Of a stretch of 64,000 bases of DNA, positions 1-11,974 are shown piece after piece (position 1 is the first letter of the stretch; each line of letters starts with the position of its first letter). The translations under genes and the position numbers were made by a program. A model generated the notes under the pieces. It was given only the letters and a program-made list of their open reading frames with translations. It was not told the origin of the DNA and did no database searches. This DNA comes from Antedon mediterranea (lineage: Eukaryota; Animalia; Echinodermata): the NCBI RefSeq assembly GCF_964355755.1, contig NC_092672.1:14942001-15006000 (forward strand), written 5' to 3'.

Positions 1-605
1 AGAAAAGATTCATATACATTTTTATGTTATTTAATTTATGTTTTAATTTATATAACTACATCCATGTTTTCTCAACAGTTGAATCAAATAGCCTCTACAA
101 ATAACAAGAAAAGATCGAGAAAAAGAGACATTCTTAAAACTTTATTATAAGGCACAAGAACTTTAACATTATGTAATATAGGCTTGAGGCATGCACAAGG
201 AACATGCATTTTTAAATTACTTTCATTCCGTGTCGAATCAACGAATATTCTGAAAATTGGTACAGGTCACGTCACGGATTTGGCTGAAATTTGTTTTAGG
301 GTAGGCCTACCTCTATATATAATGAACACATGCAAAGTTTTAGCGCTTAACTCCAAATCTTTTTGAAAATATGGCCTATTGAAGACGGGGTACTATGATC
401 GTCAGAATTCACATAATTTGAGTAATTGAATATTTTGCGTTTTGTAATGTGATTTATGACACTTTAAAATTAAGATTTTTATTTTTATTTCTTTATTCTG
501 ACATAAAATCATAGGATAAAACACAATAAAGTACCGATACGGCAAACTTATTTCTATTGTGGTCCTAAACAAATATTACAGAATAAACAAGAAAACCACA
601 CTTAA

Positions 606-1561
606 TTAAACATGATAAACATACATATAGCAAATTAAATTTCTCTCAATCCATAGAGATATTATGCTCTCTATGCTCAATCTAAGAATTTCACTAAAGT
701 AGCCTTTAGATCTCTGTTTAAATAATTGTATTGAAGAGGAGCTTTGAACAAAATAGTATAGGGGAGTGAATTCCATAACTGAACCTGTTGTGAGTTCCAA
801 TGACTGGAATTTTGATCGAAATGCTGTCTCTGGCAAATCTGGTATTGTGATTGTGTCGATGTGTCTCGTCAGGGTAATTATATCCACGTAAGTTGGAGCA
901 CTTGTATTAATTATTTTATACATAATACATAGTTTCCTCTCTTGCACTCTTAGGTCAACTGGCAACCAATTTAGGTTGACAAACTCATGTATATATATAT
1001 GTATATGAGATCGTACGTGGTCCTAGGTTCAAAATGCACCTTATAATTTTGAGACGTCTGTAGCCTATTTTTAGTATAATTATTTGCACATGAGTACCAT
1101 ACACAGCACTTATAGTCATAATGACATTGTGTCAGAAAAGAGGCAATTAATTTAAGAGCATATTTAGTAATATATTTTTTATTTCTATTAAGAAATTTAA
1201 GTATACAATGAATTTTATTGATTACTTTCATACCTGTAGCTGTACCAGTCAGATTCTGGTCAAGATCAATTCCAAGGTATGTGATTGAAGATTTAGCAGT
1301 TATGTTTTTATTATTACAGATAATTTTCATTTCTGACTGTTTTCTACACATGATTTTTGAACCAAATAAAATTGACTCCGTCTTACCTAAATGAAGGGAT
1401 AATCTATTGTCAGTAAGCCAAAGATTCAACGCTGGCAATTCATTACTTAGTCTGTTTTCAATATAATCTAGGTCTTTATTCGTGACCAAAAGAGCTGCAT
1501 CGTCTGCATATAACAACAACTCACAACCAACGGCCGATTCCATGTCGTTGACATATAGCAA
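606..1561 (-). mobile_element. 5'-truncated non-LTR retrotransposon (CR1/L2-group LINE), C-terminal part of reverse transcriptase, frameshifted
   Basis: ORF 971-1561 contains YVND..LLYADD, LSLHLGKTESILFG, ITYLGIDLD and CHYDY motifs typical of LINE RT; it continues in a shifted frame at 606-965. Confidence 0.85.
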
Positions 1562-1599
1562 AAATATCTGTAAATTGGTATCTAATACAAATCTGGCCT

Positions 1600-2420
1600 C
1601 AAAATAAGTGTATCTTTTCTATTACTACTGAAACCCCCAATTTATTACAATCACAAACAAATGTATTGATGAGGCACAATGGTTGCCTATCAATTAAATA
1701 TTAGACCATTTACTCTTTTCAACTGTGTCTGGCATGGCTTTAAAGTTGGTTACAAACTGAAAATTGGCAAAAAACGTTGATATTTACACTGAACTTATAG
1801 GCAACATATTCACCCACATGAAATTATTACCACTTATCTGGTGTACCTCTGGACAAAATTCTGTTATGAAGAATCATCTCCTTCATGGTGTGTGACAGCA
1901 TTTTGAAATTCTGACATTTTTGCCATTTTAATCTATAGGTCATTTCGTTGTGGCGTAACCCCTACAGTAAGCATATTGCAACTATCCCCTAGATGCCCGA
2001 GAATAAAATTTCACCAAATAATCCAAAGCTGACGCCAAAATAAGTGTATGTCATATACTTTTCTATTTAATTGATACTGAAAACCCATGAAAATGTCAAT
2101 TTATACCGAATTTTTACCAACCTAATAATTAATCTTCAGTTTTAGACCCCTTAAAGGGTAATTAATAACAATCAGAAAAGCTTTAGCCTATATTGTACAT
2201 AATTATTATGTATTGTTGTTGAGGCACTTGTGGTTGCCTAAAAGAAATAATAGACCTTTTACTTTTTTGAACTGTGTCTGACATGGCTCTAAAGTTGGTT
2301 AAAGGCAGAAAATGGTGAAAAAGCATCAACATGGCCTTTTTCTTCATAGACAATATTTACCCACCACACATTAATTAATGTGCACCACTTGTTAACAGAG
2401 GTGTTAATCTGGAGAGATAA
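1600..2420. repeat. Diverged direct duplication (two related blocks)
   Basis: aaaataagtgtat..actgaaaccc and gaggcac..ggttgccta..actgtgtctg(g/a)catggct(t/c)taaagttggtt occur near 1600-1760 and again near 2038-2310. Confidence 0.55.
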
Positions 2421-3906
2421 TTATGAAGGCAGTCTTATTTCTAACATAAAAAAAGTCTACACAGATTTGCAACTACCAGAGTCAAACATCACATAATCAT
2501 TATTACAGTACAATAGCTGCACATCATAATTTTGTATTTAAAAGAAATTTATAATTTATAATATACAGTACTGTGGTTAAGTTAAACTATATATAAATCA
2601 TCAATTTATTGAACCATTGAAACAGTGCTCATATTCGGAACATGATCTTATAATCGCGTCGAGCATAGCTCATCGGCGAAAGTTCCGTATTTTTTAGTTG
2701 TATGAACAATCATACTGGCATCAAATTAGAGGTAATAAGTGATACTTTTTATACTTCTCATGAAAATGACAAACTCAAATATATTTTGGGATACTCAGAT
2801 AATTTAATTGATGAAGAGTGTGAAAATATTTTGGATAGTTTTTGTAAAAGATACCTAAAACAAGCATGGAAATTTCGAAATGATTCACTGAATTCCATGA
2901 CTCAATAACTATGTTATCTACATTGCTACATTAAGTAAATTGAAAAAAAAAGTGGGGGGGGGGGAGGAGGAGGGGGGGGGGGGTTTGTAATAAGCTGTGT
3001 TTATCAGTTGATTTTATTTTATACACTTTTACTATATCTTGTTTTGTATTCATTGTGTAAAGTAATGATCTACTGTATGTATCGATGTAAATTGGGGGGG
3101 GGGAGGGGAGGATAGGGGTTGATAGTTGCTTTTGCCTTTTTTTACTTTTCTGTTAATTGTTATATTTTATATTGTGAAGGATGCACCTTTGTGCTAAGTG
3201 TGCCACCGATCTAAAGGTGTAATTCCAAATAAATAAATAAAGTAAGTAACGGGAGGGATACTGAATGTCATTCAAAAGCATATTCAAAATTCGTGAATAT
3301 ATTTGTTGTCTTATTAATTATATAGAGTAGTAGGCCCTTTTATATATCTTGTACTGAGGAAGAGTTAGCGTGTGTTGCGTGAGACAAAGCTCTGCAATTT
3401 TATTTCTGGCTGTTTTAGTTTGTGTCAGTATCAGCAGGAGGGAAAACCTCACGAACAATATTGCTAACTCATTGAAATAAGTTAAACCAAACATGACACT
3501 ACTAACAAAAAATCTGGTTCGATGAAGTAAAACATGTTGGCCTACATTAAAATACGTTACACAATTTTCTTGTTATTTGTAGAGGCTATATAAACTTGAT
3601 TCAGCTGTCGAGAAAAAAAAACATATAATAATATTACATAAAATGTAAAATAAAACATGATAATGTAAAATAATATAATATAATTTACAGACACATAATA
3701 AAACTACAGCAGCAGTTGTTTGTTTCTCACACACAGTGAAATACAAAACAATTGGCACAATAACGCGAACAATAGAAGCCTCAACAAGCCTGGTACAGTA
3801 CACCCAACCCAACACATTGGCTAAGACCCTATAACAAAATAATGGAATAGTCCTATATTCAATACAAAGCCTCCACAACTCGTACGTACAATTTCGATAT
3901 CTCTTA

Positions 3907-4085
3907 AGCTTGGTTCCCACTAGAACGTAACGCAAGGACGTAAACGCAACGCAAGCGTTTCAACCAATGACAAGCGAAGTTATAGACAGTTAGCAATCAC
4001 AAGCGAATAAGCCATCGCTTGTGATTGGTCAATTCACTTGCGTTGCGTTACGTCCTTGTGTTGCGTCGCTAGTGGGAACCACGCT
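3907..4085. mobile_element. Palindromic MITE, PIF/Harbinger-like (copy 1)
   Basis: TIR agcttggttcccactag..ctagtgggaaccacgct, flanked by tta/gta. A near-identical inverted copy lies at 12155-12323 and a degenerate one at ~36366-36507. Confidence 0.8.
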
Positions 4086-4235
4086 GTACTGTACGCGTTA
4101 TTATCACGTACGTACGACTTATTATCTCGTACGTACAACTTATTATCTCGTACGTACGTGTTATTTTCTCGTACGTACGTGTTTTTATCTCGTACGTACG
4201 AGATAATAACACGTACGTAACACGTACGGCACGTA
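4086..4235. repeat. 21-bp tandem array (ttattatctcgtacgtacgac), left subterminal repeats of the 3859-13736 element
   Basis: About 6 direct units plus one inverted unit; explains the spurious YYLVRTT-type ORFs. Confidence 0.85.
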
Positions 4236-4596
4236 TAACACGTATCTTGTATGTAATTGAACCATGAACCACGTGTGCGCACATTTACATGTGGCCTGCT
4301 TGTTGACAACCTGATGAGCTAGACTGGCTCTATAGTCTATAGTAGCCTACTACTCACTCTATCTATCAAATGAGATGGCCAGTCTGTGTATTCAGGAGGA
4401 TGTATATAATTTATGTGGTTGGCAAACCTGGCTTTTACCACTGTAAGCTGACAGCGAATGTGAAGTGAGAAAAGTTATAGAGATTTTAAACCAGGTGCAA
4501 GTTTGTTAAATTAATTACAACAGTTCCCGTTAAAAACAACCTAGAATGCTTCACCCTAACCATAAAGTCATCTGAGCTTGATTGTGATTTAAGACT

Positions 4597-4957
4597 ATTG
4601 CACAGGGCTCATTTGGAGAAGTGTTCAAGGGAATGTACCAATATCATGTTGCCGTAAATAAAGTGAGTTGAAGTCGAGAAAGGGAAAGCGTCCGGAGAAG
4701 CAGATTATAAGGGAGGCTCCAATACACCAACAACCCGCACACAAGAATATTGTAAAGTTCATCGGCATTTGCCTGGAGCATATTTATGTCTATCATTACT
4801 GAATTCATCTATGGGCAAAACATGAAGGAAACGAAATCTACAATACGGAGGATCAACACTTTATAGACTGGGACAGGAAAGTGGCAGTTGCAACTGGTGT
4901 TGTAGGAGAGTTGTATTTACACAAGCACAGTCCTCAGATAATCCACCATGATATACA
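4597..4957 (+). pseudogene. Protein kinase pseudogene, N-lobe to start of catalytic loop (TKL/MAP3K-like), frameshifted
   Basis: Translates as IAQGSFGEVFKG..VAV, HKNIVKFIGICLE, IITEFIYG, DWDRKVAVA, LYLHKHSPQIIHHDI, then is cut by the insertion starting at 4958. Confidence 0.85.
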
Positions 4958-5383
4958 TAGACCGGCAGCCCAGAGACATTTGGTTAGATGAGCTAGGTAC
5001 CAATATCTGACTATTTGAGTGTGTTGGGGGTCACTTGAAGTGAATGAAAATGGGAGTCTGCCGGGTACCCCCTGCTGCGTCTAGACCGGGGGGACCCCGA
5101 AACGTGCTAAAAGATCGGCACAGGTTAGATGAGAGAGATACCACCTAATTTTACCACCATGGGATGCCCATTGGCATCCTTATAACAGTATCACAAACGA
5201 CAGACTTTTTCTCTGCTGCAAAAGGCCCGCCAGACCCCCCGAGGGAGGGCCTAAAATGGGGTTAGCATAGATGAGTGAGGTACCACTCAAAATCAATTCC
5301 AAACGATCAAGTTGTGTTCATACAATACTAAATGGATAACAACAGACTAATTGTCTGCTGCACCGCAAGTGCCAGACACCCTG

Positions 5384-5870
5384 AAGTTAGACTAGAGGCC
5401 CCCTTCCCCCAACTAACCCAGCTTAGATATTGTAGATACCACCAGCAACCAATGTTATATGATTTAGCACATTGTAAGCAATACCAAATGACCTATTACA
5501 GACTATCTGAACACTGCCCTGGCCCTGGCAGACCCCTCTAAAGTTAGACTAGAGACCCCTCTTTCCCCAACTAGCCCAGCTTAGATATTGTAGATACCAC
5601 CAGCAACCAATGTTATATGATTTAGCACATTGTAAGCAATCACCAAATGACCTATTACAAACTATCTGTACACTGCCTTGGCCCTGGCAGACCCCTCTAA
5701 AGTTCGACTAGAGACTCCATTCCCCCAACTGGCCTAGCTTAGATATTGTAGATACCACCAGCAACCAATGTTATAATTATGATTTAGCACATTGTAAGCA
5801 ATACCAAATGACCTATAACAGACTATCTGTACACTGCCTTGGCACTGGCAGACCCCTCTAAAGTTCCCCC
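5384..5870. repeat. ~160-bp tandem repeat x3 inside the left arm (mirrored at ~9565-10053)
   Basis: Unit aagttagactagag..gcttagatattgtagataccaccagcaacc..ggcagacccctct starts near 5384, 5540 and 5699. Confidence 0.85.
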
Positions 5871-6427
5871 ATTTACCCCAAGTATATAGCCTACATGTAC
5901 CTTAGATATTGTAGATACCAATACATTTTAACTTTAATCGAACTAACACAAAACAATTGAAAATATATCACATCAATGACGATAAAATGACCATTACCAT
6001 TTTAAAGGGAAAAATAGTTTAAGAGTTTCACTTCAAACTTATATAAGCCAAATATAAACAAGTACGGATTCGAGTAAATTTAGCATTCCTGCTAGAATTG
6101 TGAGGATCTGGAATTCCTTGCCTTTGAATGTCAAAGATACATTCGTCTGTAACTCTTGCAACCTATTTTAAGAGAAAGCTTAGTAATCACCTTAATCAAA
6201 TTCAGGATTGTAGTAACTTCATCAAAAGTGATTTTATTATAGTTGGTAATTTTAAATGCTGTATATTATAATCTTAATCCTCTATATATATTTATATATA
6301 TAAATCCAAAGGCAAATAACTGAAAAAATGACAATGCTGTGGGTATCTGGCTGAATCTCAATGGAGATACAAAAAAAAAAGTGAAAAGCTAAATCAAAAG
6401 GATAAAGTAAAACAGCCAGAAACGTTA

Positions 6428-6464
6428 GCAGAGCTTTCGGGCAACACTAGCCCTTCATCATTGC
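6428..6464 (-). ncRNA. Penelope pLTR minimal hammerhead ribozyme, core mutated (AUGAUGA instead of CUGAUGA), probably inactive
   Basis: Reverse complement reads gca ATGATGA a gggc tagtgtt gccc GAAA gctc tgc; matches 8903-8939 except for the first core base. Confidence 0.65.
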
Positions 6465-6631
6465 AAGTGAAGGATAAGAGCTGGCAAGTGCTGCCTGGGT
6501 GGACAGGAATAAAAGAAATACAACAAACGAAGACAGGGTGGAGTCTGAAAAAGAGTAGAAAAAAAAGAAGGTAGCTTGGTAGAGATACAGTATAAACAAT
6601 TTTGGAATGAAACTAAACAAGGCCAACAGCC

Positions 6632-6709
6632 ATAAGTCGCGTGCTAAAACGCATAGAGATACCGGACCGACCGACAGACCGACCGACATAGTGAACTATA
6701 GAGTCGCGC
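6632..6709 (-). mobile_element. Helentron/DINE-like element end fragment
   Basis: gaccgaccgacatagtgaactatagagtcgcg is identical to the element end at ~31430-31477, which has a terminal hairpin. Confidence 0.5.
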
Positions 6710-8769
6710 CAGGAAAGGATAGGTACTAAAAATAACTATCTAAGTGGAAGCTGTTTTAAGGACGTACTTAACATAGATAAAGCTTTAGAATAAAACTAAA
6801 AACAGCTTAAATGGTGGTTAATATTAAAACTTAAATTTTGGTAGACAATGGAATAATTTTACCAACCTGGGAGTATGTTTCTAATGTTAAGTACAAAAGG
6901 TTTTGTGGTTTTAAGTTGTAATTCCCAGTGGTTTTCCTTGTCTTTGCGAGTTTTGTCGCTCCATTTGACACATGGAATATTGCAATAACTCTGAAATTTG
7001 TTATCGAGTGACCAGCTGAATTAAAATGTTCGGCTACAGGTTGAACAAGCTTTAATGTGTTGATAGCTGATCTGTATTGTGTCATTCTCATACGGAGAGT
7101 GTTTTTTTGTTTCTCCGACGTACTGTTTGCCACAAATATTACAGTATATGAGATAAATGACGTTTTTGGTTAGACAATTAATTGATTGTCTTATCCGAAA
7201 AATGCGGCCAGTTTAGTTACTCTTAAATTTTTCAGTAAAATCAACCAATGAACAAGTTTTGCAAGATTTGCCGCAAAGGTGACTGCCCAAATTTTGACTG
7301 TCATCATGAGAGTTAATTTCACTCTTACATTTGGATCTGACTAATATATCACGAATGTTGGGAGGTCTACGAAATGCAATAATGGGTGGTTCCGGAAAAA
7401 CAGTCCTGAGACGTTCTGTGGACTGTAGAATGGGCATATGTTTCTCAATAAATTAATAGCCCCGTAATGGAGGCAACCTAGGGTGATAGGTTTGTAATTT
7501 CTATTCCGGAGATGTCCGGTTAGTTCTTCGGTACGATTCTGAAAATCTAAATCTGAAGAACAGATACGTCTGATAGGTAATGCTTTACTGTTCGGTATGT
7601 TTTTAGTACAGTGTTGGGGATGACAACTGCTAAGGAGCAGGTACATATTTTTATCAGTGGGTTTACGGAATAAGTCAGTTTTTGAGAGTACCATTTTCTA
7701 TGGTCACTATAGTGTCCACAAAATCAACGTAACTAGTGGATTTGGTAACTGTAAATCTTAGGATCGATGGAGTGTTTTTTTTTACCATCACAGAAACAGA
7801 TTTTGCCACCTTATCCGCAATTTCCGGGGTGGGTTCCGTTGTGAGTTTACGATATATAATGAAGCTGTCTTAAGGATTCCTCTTAATAAAATTTGATGTC
7901 CATAGCAACAGTGGCAGAACCTTTATCAGCGGGTTTAATGATGATATCATTACTCTGACGCAATTTGGCAATGGCCTGCCTCTCTTGTTTTGAGATTGTC
8001 ACGTTTATCTGGACTCGGGACGTAGTTTTGTACATCCTCCTCAATAGCCTGGATAAATGTTTCTAAAGCTGGACAACGAATTTTAGGTGGATTCTAGGAA
8101 CTTTTTGGTTTAAATTTGTTAACGTTGCCTTCGTTTTGCGTGGTGCTGCTGTCTGAATCAGCAAAATATTCATGTAATCGTAATCTTCTAGAAAAAGACT
8201 CTATATCCAAAGATAGTTGTTGTGCGCCGACCTGCCTTGGTTTTGGGCAGAATTTAAGTCCTCGGGAAAGAAGTTTTTTCTCTCCTTCGGAAAGTCGACA
8301 ATTAATTTCAACAACTGAATCAGAGGTGTTGCTCTGATTCTTGTTATATGTCCCAACGAACCTTCTGCAGGGTTTCCTAAAAGCCCTGAAGTCATCCGAA
8401 GGTAGAGTCATTTGTGTTGAAATGACCAAGTCTGCAGGTAGACCAAATTTGTGATGTTCCCTTCGGGCCATTACCGTTGATTGTTTACGGCAGTCATTGG
8501 CGATAATCCTGAGTTTGTTTTGAAACTAGGATGCAGGAAGTTCTCTTTTCAACTTCTTAGTTCTAGAGTGAATTTCAACGTCAAACTCAGTGAGGATTTT
8601 GCGGCAATTGTCAATTTGGATCTCATTGAGATCTCTAATTTTGTTCAAATACCTTTTTTAATAGATACAGTACTACATATCTACATAAATAAAGTACATA
8701 AAAAAAAATTATATATATTTATAATTTTTTTTTTAAATATTTTTTTCGATCGAGATACGGTATTGTTCA

Positions 8770-8812
8770 GTCTATCTGAAGATCGTTTAACGTGAAACAC
8801 CGTGTAATAGAC
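8770..8812 (+). ncRNA. Minimal type I hammerhead ribozyme (Penelope-type pLTR, second family)
   Basis: Stem I gtctat/atagac closes CTGAAGA, a weak stem II (cg tttaa cg), GAAA and a near-palindromic stem III cac-c-gtg; predicted cleavage after GUA at 8806. Confidence 0.7.
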
Positions 8813-8902
8813 GTCCGTGTTCCATCTACTTTATAAAAATATATATTCGCTCTTGATTCCAATTGAGCACGTTTGCAGCCTCAACGCATCTATATAAGAC
8901 TT

Positions 8903-8939
8903 GCACTGATGAAGGGCTAGTGTTGCCCGAAAGCTCTGC
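8903..8939 (+). ncRNA. Minimal type I hammerhead ribozyme in inverted Penelope pLTR, intact core
   Basis: gca CTGATGA a GGGC tagtgtt GCCC GAAA GCTC tgc; loopless palindromic stem III (AGCU), as known for Penelope-associated hammerheads. Confidence 0.75.
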
Positions 8940-9066
8940 TAACTTTTCTGGCTGTTTACTTTATCGTTTTGATTTAGCTTTTCGCTTTTTTTTTTTGTAT
9001 CTCCATTGAGATCCAGCCACTGATACCCACAGCATTGTCATTTTTTCAGTAATTTGCCTTTGGATT

Positions 9067-9102
<36 letters not shown>

Positions 9103-10258
9103 TACAGGATTAAGATTATAATATACAGCATTTAAAATTACCCACTATTAATTAATCAAATCACTTTAGATTAAGTTACTACAATCCTGAATTTGATTAG
9201 GGTGATTACTAAGCTATGTCCAAAAGTTACAGACGGATGTATCTTTTTTTTTTTCTCTTTTGTGGCGTTAACCACTGTATCTTTGACATCCAAAGGCAAG
9301 GAATGCTAAATTTACCCGAATCCATACTTGTTATATATATTTGGCTTATAATATATAAGTTTTAATTGAAACTCTTAAACTATTTTTCCCTTTAGAATGG
9401 TAATGGTCATTTTATCGTCATTGATGTGATATATTTTCAATTGTTTTGTGTTAGTTCGATTAAAGTTAAACTTTATTCAATTAAACATGTTGTTTTGGGT
9501 GTTTTTTTTTGCTGCTGGTGGTATCTACAATATCTAAGGTAGGCTATATACTTGGGGTAAATGGGGGAACTTTAGAGGGGTCTGCCAGTGCCAAGGCAGT
9601 GTACAGATAGTCTGTTATAGGTCATTTGGTATTGCTTACAAATGTGCTAAATCATAATTATAACATTGGTTGCTGGTGGTATCTACAATATCTAAGCTAG
9701 GCCAGTTGGGGGAATGGAGTCTCTAGTCGAACTTTAGAGGGGTCTGCCAGGGCCAAGGCAGTGTACAGATAGTTTGTAATAGGTCATTTGGTGATTGCTT
9801 ACAATGTGCTAAATCATATAACATTGGTTGCTGGTGGTATCTACAATATCTAAGCTGGGCTAGTTGGGGAAATAGGGGTCTCTAGTCTAACTTTAGAGGG
9901 GTCTGCCAGGGCCAGGGCAGTGTTCAGATAGTCTGTAATAGGTCATTTGGTATTGCTTACAATGTGCTAAATCATATAACATTGGTTGCTGGTGGTATCT
10001 ACAATATCTAAGCTGGGTTAGTTGGGGGAAGGGGGGCCTCTAGTCTAACTTTAGGGTGTCTGGCACTGGCGGTGCAGCAGACAATTAGTCTGTTGTTATC
10101 CATTTTGTATTGTATGAACACAACTTGTTCGTTTGGAATTGATTTTGAGTGGTACCTCACTCATCTATGCTAACCCCATTTTAGGCCCTCCCTCGGGGGG
10201 TCTGGCGGGCCTTTTGCAGCAGAGAAAAAGTCTGTCGTTTGTGATACTGTTATAAGGA

Positions 10259-10560
10259 GTGGAGCTGTGGCTTGGTGGTTATGATGCTTGGCTACCAATC
10301 TAAGGGTCCTGGGTTCAAGTCCTGTCATATGTCAGGGTTTTTTTCTCATGACAATTTACAACTCCACTCCCAAAGACTTAATAATAAGTCTTTGTCTATG
10401 TAGAGCATCTTGTGTATATGTTTGTCTTATATGTTCTAGTGCAGTATATGGAGAGCCATCTCGATAGTGCTTTGCACTCATGGCAATCCTCAGGGTGCTG
10501 CACCGCTGTGTTGTCATGTATGTTTGCCTGAAAATTAAATAAAATAAAAAATAAAATAAA
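10259..10560 (+). mobile_element. tRNA-derived SINE inserted in the right arm only
   Basis: A-box-like tggcttggtgg, B box ggttcaagtcc, ~230-nt body and (aaaat)n tail; absent from the mirrored position in the left arm (~5170). Confidence 0.8.
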
Positions 10561-10773
10561 TGGGCATCCCATGGTGGTAAAATTAGGTGGTATCTCTCTC
10601 ATCTAACCTGTGCCGATTTTTTAGCACGTTTCGGGGTCCCCCCGGTCTAGACGCAGCAGGGGGTACCCGGCAGACTTCCATTTTCATTCACTTCAAGTGA
10701 CCCCCAACACACTCAAATAGTCAGATGTTGGTACCTAGCTCATCTAACCAAATGTCTCTGGGCTGCCGGTCTA

Positions 10774-11187
10774 ACAGCCCGCCAACATTCTTTTAGACCA
10801 AAACTGTGTGACCTCGGTTGTGCTAGGATGAAGTCATGTGGGGCTGCGTCAACAACTATTGTGGGATCCATGTTGCTTTGTACCCCAGAATACATGTGCC
10901 TAGAAATGTCACTAAACATTGAAAAAAATACGTCATCTTCTGACATCTGGTCTCTCGGCATCACGTTCATCGAGTGGTTTTCTCAAAGAGATCATTGGAA
11001 TCACAAGAACAGGACGATGATCCTTGCCATTTATCAAGAACTGCATGAGGATAAACAAACTCCTCCAGTGTTGGGGGAACATTCACCTTTACATTCATCA
11101 CAAGCTGTTTTGAGCTATCCACAGAATCGACCACCTGCTGGACATCTTCTGAAACTTCTCCCCTTGCTCCAAAAGATGGCCCTGTAG
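10774..11187 (+). pseudogene. Protein kinase pseudogene, C-lobe (continuation of 4597-4957)
   Basis: QPANILL, KLCDLGCAR (10801 onward, after a frameshift), TPEYM, SDIWSLG, RPPA; stop at 11187. Confidence 0.85.
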
Positions 11188-11974
11188 GCTAAAGAGTTTA
11201 TGAAGACACAGTGTTTTTGTTTTATGTTTTTTGTGTTGTTTTAAAGTTAGGTTAACCAATTAAGAAACAAGACCATATACATACAATTTCAATTTCACTC
11301 TTCCCTGATTAAAGTGATTTTAAAGTATGTAGTGAAATATACGGTAAGCTACAGTATACGGTTTAAAATAAAAGTAGACACTAAATATCTACCATCGTTT
11401 GAGGCAAAAATTAGGACATTGTAAATAATATTAAGGAGTGTCAATTTAGGATTTTTCAAATAAAACAAAATCATTATAAAACTTATTTTTGATTTACTGA
11501 ATTTTGACACTTACACATACTGATATCTTCACAACTTTGGAAATCAAAACGAATAGTGATAACATCTTTGACACTTTTTCTATTAATTAAAACCTCTGTT
11601 ATGAAATGGTGTTCTTTAATCTTTAAAGGCACAACGTATTCTGTCCAACCTTTAACATCACGGCACCAGTGGTTTAATACCTGCATACTATATCTTGATC
11701 AATGTATGCCTATTACAGTATTAAGTAATGGTAGCATTTTATTGCTACAGGTTATAAGATTATTTTGAAGTTTTTGTTTAACGTTTGATTAGAATGAGAG
11801 AAAGTAATTGTCCTATACAAAAATATCGGCATACAGATATGATTTACAGAAATTCACCGGGTTTTATGTTGTTTTGTTATTATTTTCTATTATATTATAA
11901 GTCATTCATCATCGTAATAATTGTTTTTCAAATTTTGATATTAATGTGAACCATATAATTTTGGACATTTTAGA

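Larger units (their letters stand above)
6300..8650 (-). mobile_element. Penelope-like retroelement (RT + GIY-YIG endonuclease), degenerate with RT core largely deleted; pLTR at 6300-6468
   Basis: Minus-strand motifs LSEGEKKLLSRGLKFCP, IIIKPADKGSATV, KTDLFRKPTDK..SCHPQHC..IP..RRICS, PPIIAFRRPPNIRDILVRS, C..C..C, NVIY, PVAEHFN..H; hammerhead-type motif in the terminal repeat. Confidence 0.9.
4958..10773. mobile_element. 5.8-kb foldback DNA element, TAG..CTA termini and 3-bp TSD ACA (Academ-type ends), ~1.5-kb inverted arms enclosing a Penelope element
   Basis: Arm 4958-6468 is the reverse complement of 8899-10773 apart from indels and a SINE. ACA occurs at 4955-4957 and 10774-10776. Removing the element restores the kinase frame HHDIQPANILL. 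Confidence 0.85.

Noticed and set aside
4311-4345. Hammerhead-like CTGATGAGC..GCTC
   Set aside because: No GAAA follows the stem (tata instead) and there is no closing stem I.
10261-10330. Functional tRNA gene
   Set aside because: A and B boxes are present but the acceptor and anticodon stems pair poorly, and it continues into a body and A-rich tail, so it is a SINE head.
4958-10773. Inverted arms as an assembly artefact
   Set aside because: The arms differ by substitutions, indels and a SINE; the ends are flanked by a TSD; and excision restores the kinase frame.
10828-11187. Stand-alone 119-aa kinase gene
   Set aside because: It is only the C-lobe; the N-lobe lies 5.8 kb upstream and is frameshifted.
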